A stretch of DNA of 64,000 nt. Origin: Carcharhinus amblyrhynchos (taxonomy: Eukaryota). This document shows, piece by piece, positions 23,886 through 36,954 of the stretch (position 1 is the stretch's first letter; each line of letters begins with the position of its first letter). Where the stretch lies: positions 8,184,001-8,248,000 of the forward strand of contig OZ336876.1 in NCBI GenBank assembly GCA_965287045.1, written 5' to 3'. The notes beneath the pieces were generated by a model. It did no database searches. It saw only the letters and a program-made list of their open reading frames with translations, and was not told where the DNA came from. The position numbers and the translations under genes were made by a program.

Positions 23886-26427
23886 GAACAAAACCAAAGG
23901 CAAACTGTGGTCAAACACGCCACACTGCACAATAACTGGCAGAAGCAACCAAACCTGATCTCATGGACTTCTCAGCAACATGCCCAGACACCAGTATCCA
24001 CCAAGTTACACAATCTTTTTAAAACTGTCTCCCAAATGAAGGATTCCAAACTTCATTTTTGAAGGTCAAGTCTCTGAAATGCCTCAAAGTTGCTCTGATT
24101 CAGGCTGCTTCAGTAATTGCTCAGCTCTCAAGATTTCAATCTCCTGAGAATTAGTTCCCCTGATTCCCCAGTCTGTGCTCAGCACCAACTCCAGCTTTTC
24201 AGCTTGCTGAACAGAGCACCGCTGCTCCAAAACGTTACCTTTGTGCCAACAGCCCAGAGCACAGACTCACCATCCTTTTCTGCTGCCTTCTTGACTCTCC
24301 ACAGCTTCTCCCAAGCCCTCACCAGCTGTAGCCTCACTTGCTCCCCTCCCTCTTGGTTTCTCCAGGTGGCTTCTTCCCCAGGCCCCTCTCTCTCTCCCTG
24401 CATTCCCTCTCCCCAGGTTCCCTTTACTTTTCTGGGACCTTCCCCTCTCCCAGGATTCCTGTCATTATGATGTCTATCTATTGGTAACCGTGACTTGGTT
24501 TTTGCACCTTCTTCTGCTCCCTCGCAGGCACACTGTGTATTACTTGTCCCCAGCCCAAAAAAGCTCTCAGCACAGAGTGGCGCATATGCAGCCCACTCAA
24601 GATTTGCTCGGAAACCCTTTGGGGCGTATGGAACTCTACTAATCAGGCAGGTATCTATTTCTTGACACAAATGTGAAAGATCCTCCCAAATTGAAGGAAA
24701 TGTAGTGCCACGATATTCACTTGTTGGTATTGTCCTTTCCTCTGAGTCCCAAATCCACATTGCCCATTTGAGTTTGGAAAATGAGATTTGGGCACTGTGA
24801 CACGTGATCTGTACGGATGACAGCAGCGCTCTTTGACATTTGAGAAGCACTTGAATAAGAAGGAAATGAATACTTCTGCTGTAAATCTGGACTGAGTAGG
24901 CAAACTTCTCCGCAGTTGAGATCTTGAATGTGAACTGGCATCAAGTTCCAGTTGAGGTACTTTGGTCCAGAGACTGCAACACTGGAAACATTTGTTAACT
25001 TGATTGACAAGTGCAGAACCTGGTGTAAAAGAAAGATATGCTTTTCGTTACCTCAGGATGTTCCAAAGCTAATGAAATACTTTCTGAAGTTTAGTCAATT
25101 TGTGCACAGCAATGTCTCAAATTTACCAGTATGATAGTAACTGGATTTTTTCTGTTTATTGGTTGAGGGGTAAATACTGGTCAAGGCACCAGGAAGACTT
25201 TACTTCTCGTCTTCAAATGCTGTGGCATTGCATCCTTCACACCTGCCCGAGATAGCAAAAAGAGTTTTGGTTTATCTCACCCAAAAAGTGGCATTTGACA
25301 GTGTGCCATTCCATTAGCAGTGCGCTGGAATGTCAACCTAAATGAAACCAGAAGATCCGAATACTGGAAATCTGATAGAACAGAAAATGCTGGAAATGCT
25401 CAGGCCTGTGTTAACTTTCTGATAGCCAGATTGTGAAGTAGGAAACCGGATGCCAACTTTTACTTCATACTAGATTAATTTGCAAGTTGCAACATTATGG
25501 CTGCTTCTTCCTGAACATTCAGTGTCCCAGAAGTCTTTCTCTTTGCTCAAGGTACTTAATCATTCAGTGCTTTGCACCTTTTAACAATACAATTAACACG
25601 CTATTCACAGATTCCACCCTTAAATCAAAGCTTTGTAACACAAACAATGTCCCAGAACAAGTCAAAGGAGAGAGGAAAATAATGACTTTCCATATTCTGA
25701 ACACTACATCAAATTGCGCTACATCATCTCCACTTCCAGGAACTACAATGGTTTTTGTGCAAACATTCCTTTTGCTACAGCAATCAACAGCTGATGACTT
25801 ACACTAACCTATTAGACTTAATTTTTCTGTCTAGTATCTCTTACTCTAGGTCATATTCTGTACATTATTACTTGGAGCAATTATATTAAATATGCAAACT
25901 ATTCTCAAACCTCCCTTTTATTTGAATATTTCACAATTAAGACCCCATTTTGATTGTTTCTATAAGAGAAACTTGGTGTTTACATGGCAAAAGTACTTTT
26001 AACCACCCTTTTATTTGATTAGCTTCCCAACCCAACGAAAACAGTTTCCATTTTCAACTGCCAATAATTTGATAAATCTGGAAGATGGACATTAAAAAAT
26101 CACCAAAATTGAGTAATTTTGTGTCTTCCTTGTCCTCCCAAGACTAGAAACTCGAGTACAAGCACTCATTATTTTTAAAAGATTTTATTTACTCTTAAAA
26201 CATTGCCACTATCATGCGAAAGCATCAAAGTGCCTTGTTCCAATACATCAGAACTGGCATCTTGATGGTGTTCATTTCCAATCAAATGTTTTAACTGTTT
26301 TGACTTTTCTTTAGATGTAACATCTTTCTGTGATGACTTAGCATGATTTAATTAGATACGAGAAACATTTTCCAGATAAAAGTGTTGATTCAAGGTTACT
26401 CCAGATCAATTCTGCGTTATGGCTGAG

Positions 26428-26725
26428 TTTAAGTTTATTTATATATTATTACAAGTAGGCTGACAATAACACTGCAGTGAAATTATTCTGAAAATCCCCT
26501 ACTCGCCACTGGCACTTGTTTGGGTACATTGAGGGAGAATTTAGCATGGCCAGTTCACCTAACCAACATGTCTTCTGGACTGTGGAAGGAAACCGGAGCA
26601 CCTGCAGGAAACCCATGCAGACATGACGAGAACATGCAGACTCTGCACAGACAGTGACCCAAGCTGGGAATTGAACCCTTGTTCCTCACGCTGTGAGATA
26701 GTGGTGCTAACCACTGTGCCACCAT
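26428..26725 (-). mobile_element. HE1-type V-SINE (tail B)
   Basis: gtgctaaccactgtgccacc head; tail tttaagtttattt. Confidence 0.85.
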
Positions 26726-26954
26726 GTCGGTCCCAGAAGCCTGACTTCCAATCTTAAACTCTTCTTTCATTTTCTTTATAAGAAATTCTCAAATTCCCCA
26801 GAGAAAATCACCTACATGCATCATAAAGCTGTTTGAGTAGAACTGAACCTGCTTTCAGTTTCATGCGGTTTACTTACAGCAGGGCAGATCTAACTGTAAA
26901 ATACTTTACATTATTCAATCTATTAACATAGTTGTTTAATTTCCACAGCTTCCT

Positions 26955-27075
26955 TTCTGTGGAAGGGTCATTTAGACCTAAAACATTAACTCTGCTTCTG
27001 CACAGATACTGCCATATGTGCTGAGTTTATCCAGCATTTTCTGTTTTTATTTCAGATTTACGGCACCTGCAGCAT
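26955..27075 (+). mobile_element. Short Penelope-derived repeat with a degenerate hammerhead head
   Basis: ctgtggaagggtcatttagacctaaaacattaac followed by gctgagtttatccagcattttctgtttttatttcagattt. Related pieces at about 25350-25410, 28470-28580, 29805-29855, 30340-30372 and 50440-50680. Confidence 0.5.
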
Positions 27076-28139
27076 CTAGATTTTATTTCCTTTCTACATC
27101 AGTTGCCTCTGTAGGCAGGTTCGAAAGCCGAAGATTTTCTCTCAGCAAAAATAAAAGTGTAGCTTTTATTTGACCTACATTCCCACAAGTTGCCAGTGCA
27201 GCCTAGAAAATTTTCAGGATCCATTTCCTACCATGCAGGAGTCCACTGTAACATCTTCATTTCCAAACTGCTGCGTTAAACCCTGAGCCACAAGTCTTAT
27301 TAGCCTAAACTGAGTGGATCCCAACATTTTATCTGTCATAGTACACCTTCATACTATGAAAAGTTTTGAGACACACTTCTTGATATTCTCCAACTGAGCT
27401 GCCCTCAAGTAAAAGCCTTTTATTGCTAAAATCTTATAAAAGCACATTAAGGCATCATTTAATGCAACTTTGATTGGCTTAAGAAGTTTTCGATGGAAGC
27501 ATTATCACAGTTTGCATGTGAAATACAATATTTTTCTTCAAAATGTATACAATTTAGAAGTGTTTTCCATTAAAAGTTTCGGTACTTTTTCATCTTTTTT
27601 ATGTCTGCATTTCTCACTGGGAAAGTTCATAAATGAAGGAGACACTGTGGGCAGCATCTTGCCAACAACGGTAATGTGACACCTGGGTTTGCTTCTGTGC
27701 GCAGAGTCTCTTAATCCTGGGAAGATCTTATAACCCAGATTTGCACAATGTCACTTCACTTGGACCAGACCAAAATTTTTGTGTCTTCCGCTTTTGAGGT
27801 TGGTTATTGTCCATCCCACCAAGGACGAAGGGAAACCTTCTGTGTTTGGAAACACCCCCGATTTAGAATGGGCCAATCTGGGGTCAGAGATCAGAAACCC
27901 TGAATTGCACAGAGCCCTCACGTGAATTGGACATGTTCTAAAATCCTTCCCACCAAAATGGGCTAACCTTTCTTCAGATAAATATTCAAGGAAAGATGAG
28001 GAACTCTGAGGAAATATTCTTCTTACATAGATACAAATTGTTCTTATCTGAAACTCCAATCCAGTCTAAGTAAATAAACCTGTTAATATTCTTGCCAAAT
28101 AATTTGAGGAAGAAGTGTACTTAATCCAATGTAACTCTG

Positions 28140-28470
28140 AGAATACTGAAAAGCCTGGATAGAGTGGGTGTGAGGAAGATGTCTCCATTAGTAGGAGACT
28201 AGGATCCAAGGGCACAGCCTCAGAGTAAAGGGATGACCCTTTAGAAGTGAGATGAAGAGGAATTTCTTCAGCCAGTGGATGGTGAATCTGTGGAATTCAT
28301 TACACTGAAGGCCATGGAGGCCAGGTCATTGAGGCAGAGATAGATAGGTTTTTGATTGGTAAGGGAATCAAAGATGGGTAATAAATAGGAGAATGGGATT
28401 GAGAAACTTATCAGCCATGTTTGAATGGTGCAACAGACATGATGGGCCAAATGGCCTAATTCTACTCCTG
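28140..28470 (+). mobile_element. CR1-like LINE 3' end
   Basis: aagggcacagcctcagagtaaaggg..aggaatttcttcagccag..ggcctaattctactcct. Confidence 0.75.
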
Positions 28471-29022
28471 ATTAAAACAAAATCAGCCAATGCTGCAGAT
28501 ATTCAACAGGACAGGCATCATCTGTGGATGGAGAAACAATAGAGGAAATGTTTCAGGGAGCTGAACCTTCATCACAATTGGACGTTATTAGATATTGAAA
28601 GTGATAAATGAATTATTGAACCAAGGAAAAGTGAAATATAGGGGGCAGAACAATTAATGAGAACTAACAGATTGGCATGGTCATAGGGACACCTTGCCAA
28701 AGGAGAATGCTCCAATTGTCCAAGAGTGTAACAGATAAAGATCGGTAGTCCCTCAGTGTGTTGAGCGACCCTTTCTGTGCATAAAGAAATAAATCACCAA
28801 ACCACATCTGCTTCATTCTCAGTGGCTCTGGCTCAGCCATATAATCATTTGCCGTACATTCCTGTGAGAATTCATGGCTACGTCTTAAAAGTTGTAAAAC
28901 ACCAATGGGCTGGAAATAATGTGACTAATAAAAAACCATTCTTGTTTCCCATTGCACATGGAAAATGGAAGAGTGTATGTGGAGTTCAGGAAGCCCATGG
29001 GCAGCTCTGGCTTACCTGACAA

Positions 29023-29355
29023 ATGGTGGCACAATGGGACAGCATGGTGACACAGTGGTTCGCATTACTGCCTCACAGCACCAGGGACCCGGGTTCAATT
29101 CCCAGCTCGGGTCACTGTCCGTGTGGAGTTTGCACATTCTTCCCGTGTCTGCGTGGGCTTCCTCTGGGTGTTCCAGTTTACTCTCTCAGTCCAAAGATTT
29201 GTGGATTAAGTGAATTGGCTGTGCTAAATTTCCCCTTAATATCAGGGGAACTAGCTAGAGTAAATGCATGGGGTTATGGGATATGGCCTGGGTGGAGTTG
29301 TGGCCGGTGCAGACTCGATGAGCTGAATGGCCCCCTTCTGCATTGTAGGATTCCA
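29023..29355 (+). mobile_element. HE1-type V-SINE (tail A)
   Basis: gggacagcatggtgacacagtggtt head; ctgcattgtaggattc tail. Confidence 0.85.
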
Positions 29356-29852
29356 AGAACAGCTGCAGTTGGTGGCCTGGGTACTAGGTCCTGCTAATAA
29401 ATTTGGAAGGACACATTTGGAATTTGTGTGTCTGGTTCTGACCATTTATCATCCCGTGGGCACTCCTCCCCTTTTGCTAGTTCTGGACTGAGAAAGAAAA
29501 CTATGGCAAATTCCTGCGGTGCTTCTTCTGCAAAGCAGAAATGTGCAAATTTCAGGTATGAACATCAACACATCCTGATGTTACAAAATGATGCTGTGGG
29601 ACCCCAACTGCATTGTTACTTTTTCTGCACTTCCTTGGAATATGTGTAGAACTGGATGCTTCCAATCCTGCCCAGGGTTTCCCATTCATATATTTTCATG
29701 CCCTTCTCTGGAAAGTTCAGGCGCTTTCCTACTTTAGTCCTCACTGGAGAACTTTACCAACTTGTTTCTAATTTAAGGAAAGTAAAGGTAAAACAGTAAT
29801 GTCACCAGATGCTATCAGATGTGCTGAGATTTTCGAGCATTTTCTCTTTTTT

Positions 29853-30170
29853 ATAGAATCCTTACGGTGCAGAAGGACGCCATTCAGCCCATCGAGTCTG
29901 TACTGACCACAATCCCACCCTGGTCCTATTTTTGTAACCCCACACGTTTATTCTGCGAATCCCCCGACACTAGGGGGTAATTTAGCTTGCCAATCCACCT
30001 AACCCGTACATCTTTGGACTGTGGGAGGAAATCGGACCACCCAGAGGAAACCCATGCAGAGATGGGGAGAATGCAAATTCCACACAGACAGTGCCCCGAG
30101 GCCAGAATTTAACCGGGGTCCCTGACGCTTGAGGCAGCAGTGCTAACTACTGTGATACCATGCCACCACC
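29853..30170 (-). mobile_element. HE1-type V-SINE (tail A)
   Basis: atagaatccttacggtgcagaagg tail; gcagcagtgctaac head. Confidence 0.85.
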
Positions 30171-30756
30171 ATAGGCACTATTGATGGTGATTTAACCTGA
30201 AGATCACCATACCTAGAGGCAGCTGGATCTCTGTTTATATGTGTTCAAGGTACCTAATCATTCAATAGCCTCCATCTCTATATTCTTAATCATACTATTA
30301 ACAATCTGACAGCACTTGTGAAGGTTGCCTGCCTTGTTGAGGATTTCCAGCGTTTTCTATTTTTATTTCAGAAGATGATGGTTTCTGTTATCTGATTTTA
30401 GAATAACAAATGGGTTACCGCGATTAACCTCAGCACCTTGCAACCACAGAAGGGAGCTGTCAATTGATCCCAACTGGTATGTGTGTAAAGGTATAGAACT
30501 AGTGGTTGCTGATTGCTATTGAGCTGTATTCCAAGGGTTTGTATCCTTATTAGAGGTGGGCATTTTGGTAAAGATAACACAGTTCATTGTAAAGTGTTTT
30601 TTTTTGCCTGTGTTGGATAATTTGAAACCCTTGAAGTTTGGAGACTGCTAGAACCACCAGCCTGTTCTTTCACTAAGAGGAAACATAATGTTTTCAGTTA
30701 CCCTGTACTGTGTCATGAAATGATGCTCACTGTAAACTATTCTGTACATCCTACTG

Positions 30757-31047
30757 GACATAGTGGTTAGCACTGCTGCCTCTCAGTGCCAGGGACCAGG
30801 GTTCAGTTCCCGGCTTGGGGTGCTGTCTGTGTGAAGTTTGCCTGTTCTCTCCGTGTCTGAGTGGGTTTTCTCCGAGTGTTCCAATTTTCTTCCACAATCT
30901 GAAAGATGTGTTGGTTAGGAGCATTGGCCATGCTAAATTCTCCCTCAGTGTACCTGAACAAGTGTGGATGGTGGTGATTAGGGAATTTTCACAGTAACTT
31001 CATTGCAGTGTTGATGTAAGCCTACTTGAGACACTGATAAATAAATT
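30757..31047 (+). mobile_element. HE1-type V-SINE (tail B)
   Basis: gtggttagcactgctgcctc head; ttttcacagtaacttcattgcagtg..ataaataaa tail. Confidence 0.85.
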
Positions 31048-32220
31048 ATACTTTTGGGTGATTTCTGAATGAGATTTTGGGAAAGACACCTGATTGTATG
31101 GAAGGAAATCCTGTCGATCCAACAAACCTTATACTTTACCTTTAAATCCCATGATATTCAAATTAGTCAGCAAATTGTCATTAATTGTATTTCCGATTTT
31201 TATCAAGTGCAAGTTTGAGAGAGAATTCTGAATCAGAAAACATAGTGGGTTCATTTGTAGGGATAGCTGTCTGGAAACTGTATTGTGTGGAACGATAGAT
31301 ATATGGGAAGGTGGAAAAATCTAAATCATATCATAATCCCAGGTCTTGGAAGACCAGTTTTGAAAAAGATTGAGCACCTTTTGACATAATTCTGATAAAT
31401 ACTCAGTTCTTGAATTTTTATCTCTTTGGCTTTATAATTGGACATGCACAAGTTTTCATCATATTTGCAAAATGCAGAACATCACCAATCTCTTGTGTTG
31501 TGGAAAGGACTTTGTGAGTGATGTGATGTGAACTTTCAGGACTCTGCCTGGAAGGGTTGTTGCAAAGTTTTTTTTAACTGAGTTGAATCCAGGGACTCAC
31601 CCTAATTGATTTGCTAAAAATAAGTGCTTTAATTGGAATTTTGCATGATCTGAATTCTTTAAAATCCAGGTAAAAAAAATGGCCCATTTGATCAGCATTG
31701 GAATCCTAATGAAAACAGTGGGCTTCTGAAAGGTGTTGATTTCTCTAGGTGAAGGTCAGCAGTCTATTAACAATCAGGTACTGCTTCTGTGTTCTGAGGT
31801 TTCTTCATCAATTGGAGTAAATGCGGGCAGCAATTTGGCATTTTGGAATTGTGTGTTTGGCTTTCTGAAGTTGCCAGTAATGTATTACTGTTGCATGTGC
31901 AATATTTTGCCTTTGACGGATATTATCACAAAAATATGCATGGTTTCCTTATTCTGTTATTACTGAATCTATGTAAAGTATACACTTGCAATCTGTTCAC
32001 ACCTAAATCAGCCTGTTGTCTATGTAGCTAGGCCTGTGTGTTCAGAATTGGAAACTTCCTGCTATTTAGTCTAAATTATGTGGTCAGATCACTTTACAAC
32101 TTGTGATACTGTATGATAGTCTTAATGATCGGCTTGGATACAGGTCACATTGAGACAGGAAGAGAGGATTGTTGAAGAGATACTCTGTGTCTGTCAGCAG
32201 GTATGAGTGTGTAGACTTGA

Positions 32221-32558
32221 GAACATAAGAACATAAGAAATAGGAGCAGGAGTAGGCCATCTAGCCCCTCGAGCCCACCCCGCCATTCAATAAGATCATG
32301 GCTGATCTGTCGTGGCTCAGTTCCACTTTCCCGCCCTCTCCCCATAACCCTTAATCCCCTCTCTTATCAAAAACCCATCAACCCGCTTCTTAAAAATATT
32401 TAGCGAGGCAGCCTCCACCACTTCAACGGGCAGAGAATTCCAGAGATTCACCACCCTTTGAGTGAAGAAGTTCCTCCTCAACTCCGTTCTAAACCGCCTC
32501 CCCTTTATCTTGAGGCTGTGCCCCCTAGTCCTACTGTCTTTTTTGAGCGGGAGAAATC
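32221..32558 (-). mobile_element. Young CR1-like LINE 3' end
   Basis: Nearly identical to 56100-56430; (TTCTTATG)n tail; possible 5-bp TSD cttga (32216-32220 and 32559-32563). Confidence 0.9.
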
Positions 32559-32993
32559 CTTGACTCTCCTGGCAGCTAATATTTATGGCTGACATTACAC
32601 TAAACTGCAGTTTCTACACATAGTGTAGTGTAGATTGGGCTGCATAGGAAGTGTGCTTTGAAACTGATATCAGGTCACCCTTTTTATTTTGTGTCCTTAA
32701 AGTTTGAATATTTTTTGATTTTTAATTGTATGGACTTTGAACATTATTTACACATAATTATGTGTGTTGTATGCTTACCAAATAACAGCAATAATAGTTA
32801 GAAAGGAAAATAACACATGCTTATCTTCATCCCGTCTTATGTTCCTCTGCCCCAGCATCTATTCAAATGCTATGCCTGGGGGAAAAAAGTCCAGTAATAT
32901 GTGGGGTCTGAATTGATGCAACTGTTACTCACCCACTTCGTTAAATTACATTGCTCACCACTCATCATCTCAACTTCGATAAATAGTGAACAT

Positions 32994-33330
32994 TAGAATC
33001 CTTACAGTGTAGGAGGCGGTCATTTGGCCTATCGAGCCTGCACTGACCACAACCCCACCCCTATCATCGTAATGCCACATATTTGCCCTGCTTATTCCCC
33101 TGACACTAAGCATCAATTTAACATGACCAATCAACATAACCCATATCTTTGGGCTGTGGAAGGAATTGGAGTATCTGGATGAAATCCATGCAGACATGGA
33201 GGGAACGTGCAAACTCCACTCAGCCACCCAAGGCCAGAATTTACCCGAGAGACACCCCCCCACCCCACCCCAGGCCAGAATTGAACCCGCCTGATGCTGA
33301 GACGCAGCAGCGCTAACCATTGAGCCATGT
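32994..33330 (-). mobile_element. HE1-type V-SINE (tail A)
   Basis: tagaatccttacagtgtagg tail; gcagcagcgctaacca head. Confidence 0.8.
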
Positions 33331-33593
33331 GCTGTAGTTCAGAAGAAACAAGGTGAGTAATGTATTTTGAAGGTGTATCATGTAAACCAATCTGCAGCCC
33401 ATGTGCAGTATAAATTAACATTTTTTAAAAAAAACGCACGTGTCTGTAGTTCCATCCACAAATCCTCAAACTGTAATTTTAGTGAGCAGATGTGACTGCC
33501 AGTTGTAAAATCAGCCTATTTGTGGTAGGTATGTTGTCTTCCTGTATTCCCTTGAATCAGGAGATTTGTTTTCTTACAAGATAGCTTTAGTTT

Positions 33594-33752
33594 TAGAATC
33601 CTACAGTGCAGAAGGAGGCCATTTGGCCCATCGATTCTGCACTGACCACAATTTCACCCAGGCCCTATCCACATAACTCATGTATTTACCCTAGCTAGTC
33701 GCCCTGACACTAAGGGGCAATTTGGCATGACCTAACCTGCACATCTTTGGAC
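33594..33752 (-). mobile_element. 5'-truncated HE1 SINE (tail A)
   Basis: tagaatcctacagtgcagaaggaggcc..cctaacctgcacatctttggact. Confidence 0.75.
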
Positions 33753-33876
33753 TTTCACCCAGTGATCAGGCCAGTATTTAAGCCTCAACAAGACTGATTG
33801 CTTCATCATTATCTTATTGCTGTTTGTGGCAGCTTGCTGTGCACGATGTAGCTGCTGCATTTTCTACATTGTCACA

Positions 33877-34177
33877 AAGTTTAAAGTTTATTCATTACTG
33901 TCACAAGTAGATTTAGATTAACACTGCAATAAAGTTATTGTGAAAATCCCCTAGTTGCCACTTTTTGGCGCCTGTTCGGGTACACTGAGGGAGAATCTAG
34001 CGTGGCCAACGCACCCTAACCAGCACGTCTTTCGGATTTTGGGAGAAAATCGGAACGCCCAGAGGAAACTCACGCAGACATGGGAGAACGGGCAGACTCT
34101 GCACAAAGAATAACCCAAGCCCTGAATCGAACTCAGGTCCCTGGCACTGTGAGGCAGCCGTGCTAACTGCTGTGCTC
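33877..34177 (-). mobile_element. HE1-type V-SINE (tail B) nested in a Deu-SINE remnant
   Basis: aagtttaaagtttatt tail; gtgctaactgctgtgc head. Confidence 0.85.
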
Positions 34178-34386
34178 GCATTTCAATGGTTGTAAAGTGC
34201 TGTAGGATGCCCTGAGGTTATGAAAAGTGCATAAAATTACAAGTCTTTTCCTTACCAACTGTATAGTAGTTAACTGGATTTGGAGGAGCTATTTGTGTTT
34301 GACTCATTACTGTGCCCTTGTTCCACTTTACAAATTAGAATAACAGGATTTCTGTCCTGTAATGTTCTTGGAATCAATTTGTAGTT

Positions 34387-34934
34387 CCATACTTATTAAA
34401 CAGTACTGCCCTTTACTTTAAAATATTGGAAATGGTGGACAACTTGAAAATGCATTGCAAATGATAAAGATAATTATTAAAAATAATAATTAAAAACCTG
34501 AGTAGGAGTATCAGAACTTCATGCAAATATTAGCTTTTGTACATTTTTAACAATGGGCATTGGTATTAAACACTGTATATTGTGACTGGGAGTTATTATC
34601 ATTCTGAAACTGAAGGCTTTCTACATAACTGAATTCACTGTGTTAAGAGCAAACTATATAAGTAAGTTTACACTATATAAGTATAGTTTATACAGAATTC
34701 CACAGCAGATGGAATCTCATGGTGGGACCCTGAAACTACATAAAAAATCTGGAATGTGGACAGTATAATTAAATTTAATTTGTTAGCCTCAGTAACCAGT
34801 GACTCTGTTTAACTTTCATCCAGTCAGAAAAGTGCAATCCTTCAGCTTAAAGAAAGAAGGAATTCTCGTATCTTTATCACTTTTCACAATCTCAGGACGG
34901 CCAGAAGAACTCTACTGCTAACAAAGTACTTTTT
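34387..34934 (-). repeat. Non-TE-looking segment duplicated in inverted orientation at 52281-52833
   Basis: For example, cattctgaaactgaaggctttctacata (about 34600) is the reverse complement of tatgtagaaagccttcagtttcagaatg (about 52582). The segments are colinear over about 550 bp. Confidence 0.9.
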
Positions 34935-35852
34935 TGATTTGACTTGATTTCTGATTATCATATATATCAATATGCAGTGAAAAGTATTGTTTCTTGTGCA
35001 CTAAACAGACAAAGCATATCATAGCTAGGATGTAGCGAAAGATCAATTTAGTGCAAGGTAAGTCCATTCAAAACTCTGTTGGCAGCAGGGAAGAAGCTGT
35101 TCTTGAGTCGGTTGGTACATGATCTCAGACTTTTGTATGTTTTTCCTGTAGAAGTTGGAAGACAGAATGTCTGGGGTTTGTGGGGTCCTTAATTATGTCG
35201 GCTGCTTTTCTGAGGCAGCAGGAAGCGTTGATGGAGTCAATGGGTGGGAGGCTGATTTGAGTGATGAACTGGGCTTCATTTCACGACCCTTTGTTGTTTC
35301 TTGTGGTCTTGCCAAATTTCCTTAGTCTTCTGAGAAAGTAGAGGTATTGATGGGCGTTCTTAACTACAGCGCTAGCATGGGAATGTACCAGGACAGGTTG
35401 TTGGTGATCTGACACCTAAAAACCTGAAGATCGCAACCATTTCTACTTTGTCTCCGTTGATGTAGATAGGTACGTGTCCTCCACTACACTTCCCAAAGTC
35501 GATGACTATCTCCTTTGTTTTGTGACATTGAGGGAGTGATTATTGTCGTTGCACTAGTTCACCAGATTCTCTATCTCTTTCCTGTACTCCGTCTCATCAT
35601 TGTTTGAGATCCGACCCACTACGGTGGTGTCATCAGCAAACTTGAAAATTGAGTTGGAGGAGAATTTGGTCACACAGTCATAGGTGTATAAGGAGTACAG
35701 TAAGGGGGCTGAGAACACAGCCTTGTGGGGCACCGGTATTGAGGATAATCGTGGAGGAGGTGTTGTTGCCTATCTTTACTGATTGCAATCTGTAGGTTAG
35801 GAAGTTCAGAATCCAGCTGCAGAGAGAGGAGTTGAGCTCCAGGCCACAGAGT
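34935..35852 (-). mobile_element. Rex1/Babar-like LINE, RT C-terminus to tail
   Basis: Minus peptides [24 protein letters not shown] and KTKEIVIDFGK; tail ttgatttgacttgatt. Confidence 0.85.
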
Positions 35853-36162
35853 AGTTAGTTCACAGAACAGTGAAAGTGACCATGTGTGCACGACAAAACC
35901 TCACAAATAGCAACAACATAACTGGCCAGATGTAATGACTTTTAGTCATTTTGGTTGATAATTATTTGCTGACATAAGGGGTTAGCTCTTGGCTTTTCAA
36001 CTCGTGCTATGGAATCTTTTACATCCACCTGAGAGAGTAGATGAGGCCTTAGATTAAAGCCTCACATGAAAGGTGTTATTTATGAGAGTGCAGCACTCCC
36101 TCAGTATTGCAGCAGAGTGTTAACTTTGACTTTATGCTCAAGTCTCTGGAAAGCGATTTCAA

Positions 36163-36268
36163 GATGTGGAGATGCCGGCGTTGGACTGGGGTAAACACAG
36201 CAAGAAGTCTCACAACACCAGGTTGTCCAACAGGTCCAAAAGTCAAACCTGGTGTTGTGAGGCTTCTT
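36163..36268. mobile_element. 106-bp hairpin mini-Penelope insertion with a 13-bp TSD
   Basis: TSD aaagcgatttcaa at 36150-36162 and 36269-36281; inverted arms 36202-36224 and 36246-36268. Confidence 0.85.
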
Positions 36269-36954
36269 AAAGCGATTTCAACCCATGACCTTGATGAGGA
36301 TGTTACCAACTGAGCTATAGCTGAGGCAGCAAATGAATTCTTTGCCAAATCCAGCAGCTGTGACAGATATGCAAAGACCATTCAACTGAGAGTCAGAGTA
36401 ACTAATGATGTAGCTTTAGCTGGGGGGACTACCAAGATCGGAGACAGAACTGCTGATCTAACATGATTATTTAAGTTCCACAATTTAAATAAATTGGGAC
36501 GATGATATGCATAGTGCATTATTATGAGACAGTGCATTACAGTTAATTTTGAACGGTGGTGGACACATTCCATTTTGGTGATATTGAATAGGAACATTAA
36601 GGGGACGGAAGGACAGCAATTTATTGTACATTTTTAACATGGGAATGCTATTTTTGAAGAGGTTTCTGCTGGAAGGATTCCTCTGGAAAATTTGATACAG
36701 GAAACAGATTCTCACTATTAGTGAGATTCTTTTGGCATCAGAGTTTGGATGGTCCTTGGACTGTTTTCTGAAAGAATTGTGTCCGACCATGCTCCTGTGG
36801 AAGGCTTTAGGACCTTTTACTGTGGCAAAGCTCAAGTTGTTCTTTGTGACTTAGCACACTCCAGTCAAAGATGTTTAACATTACATGATCAAGCTTTACC
36901 CATCAGCAGTCAAAATTCTTCATTTAGGTGTGCTCTATTTCCAATCAGATTTTA

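Noticed and set aside
24179-24850. 223-aa minus-strand ORF
   Set aside because: No recognisable domain; low-complexity purine/pyrimidine bias, probably within a decayed repeat.
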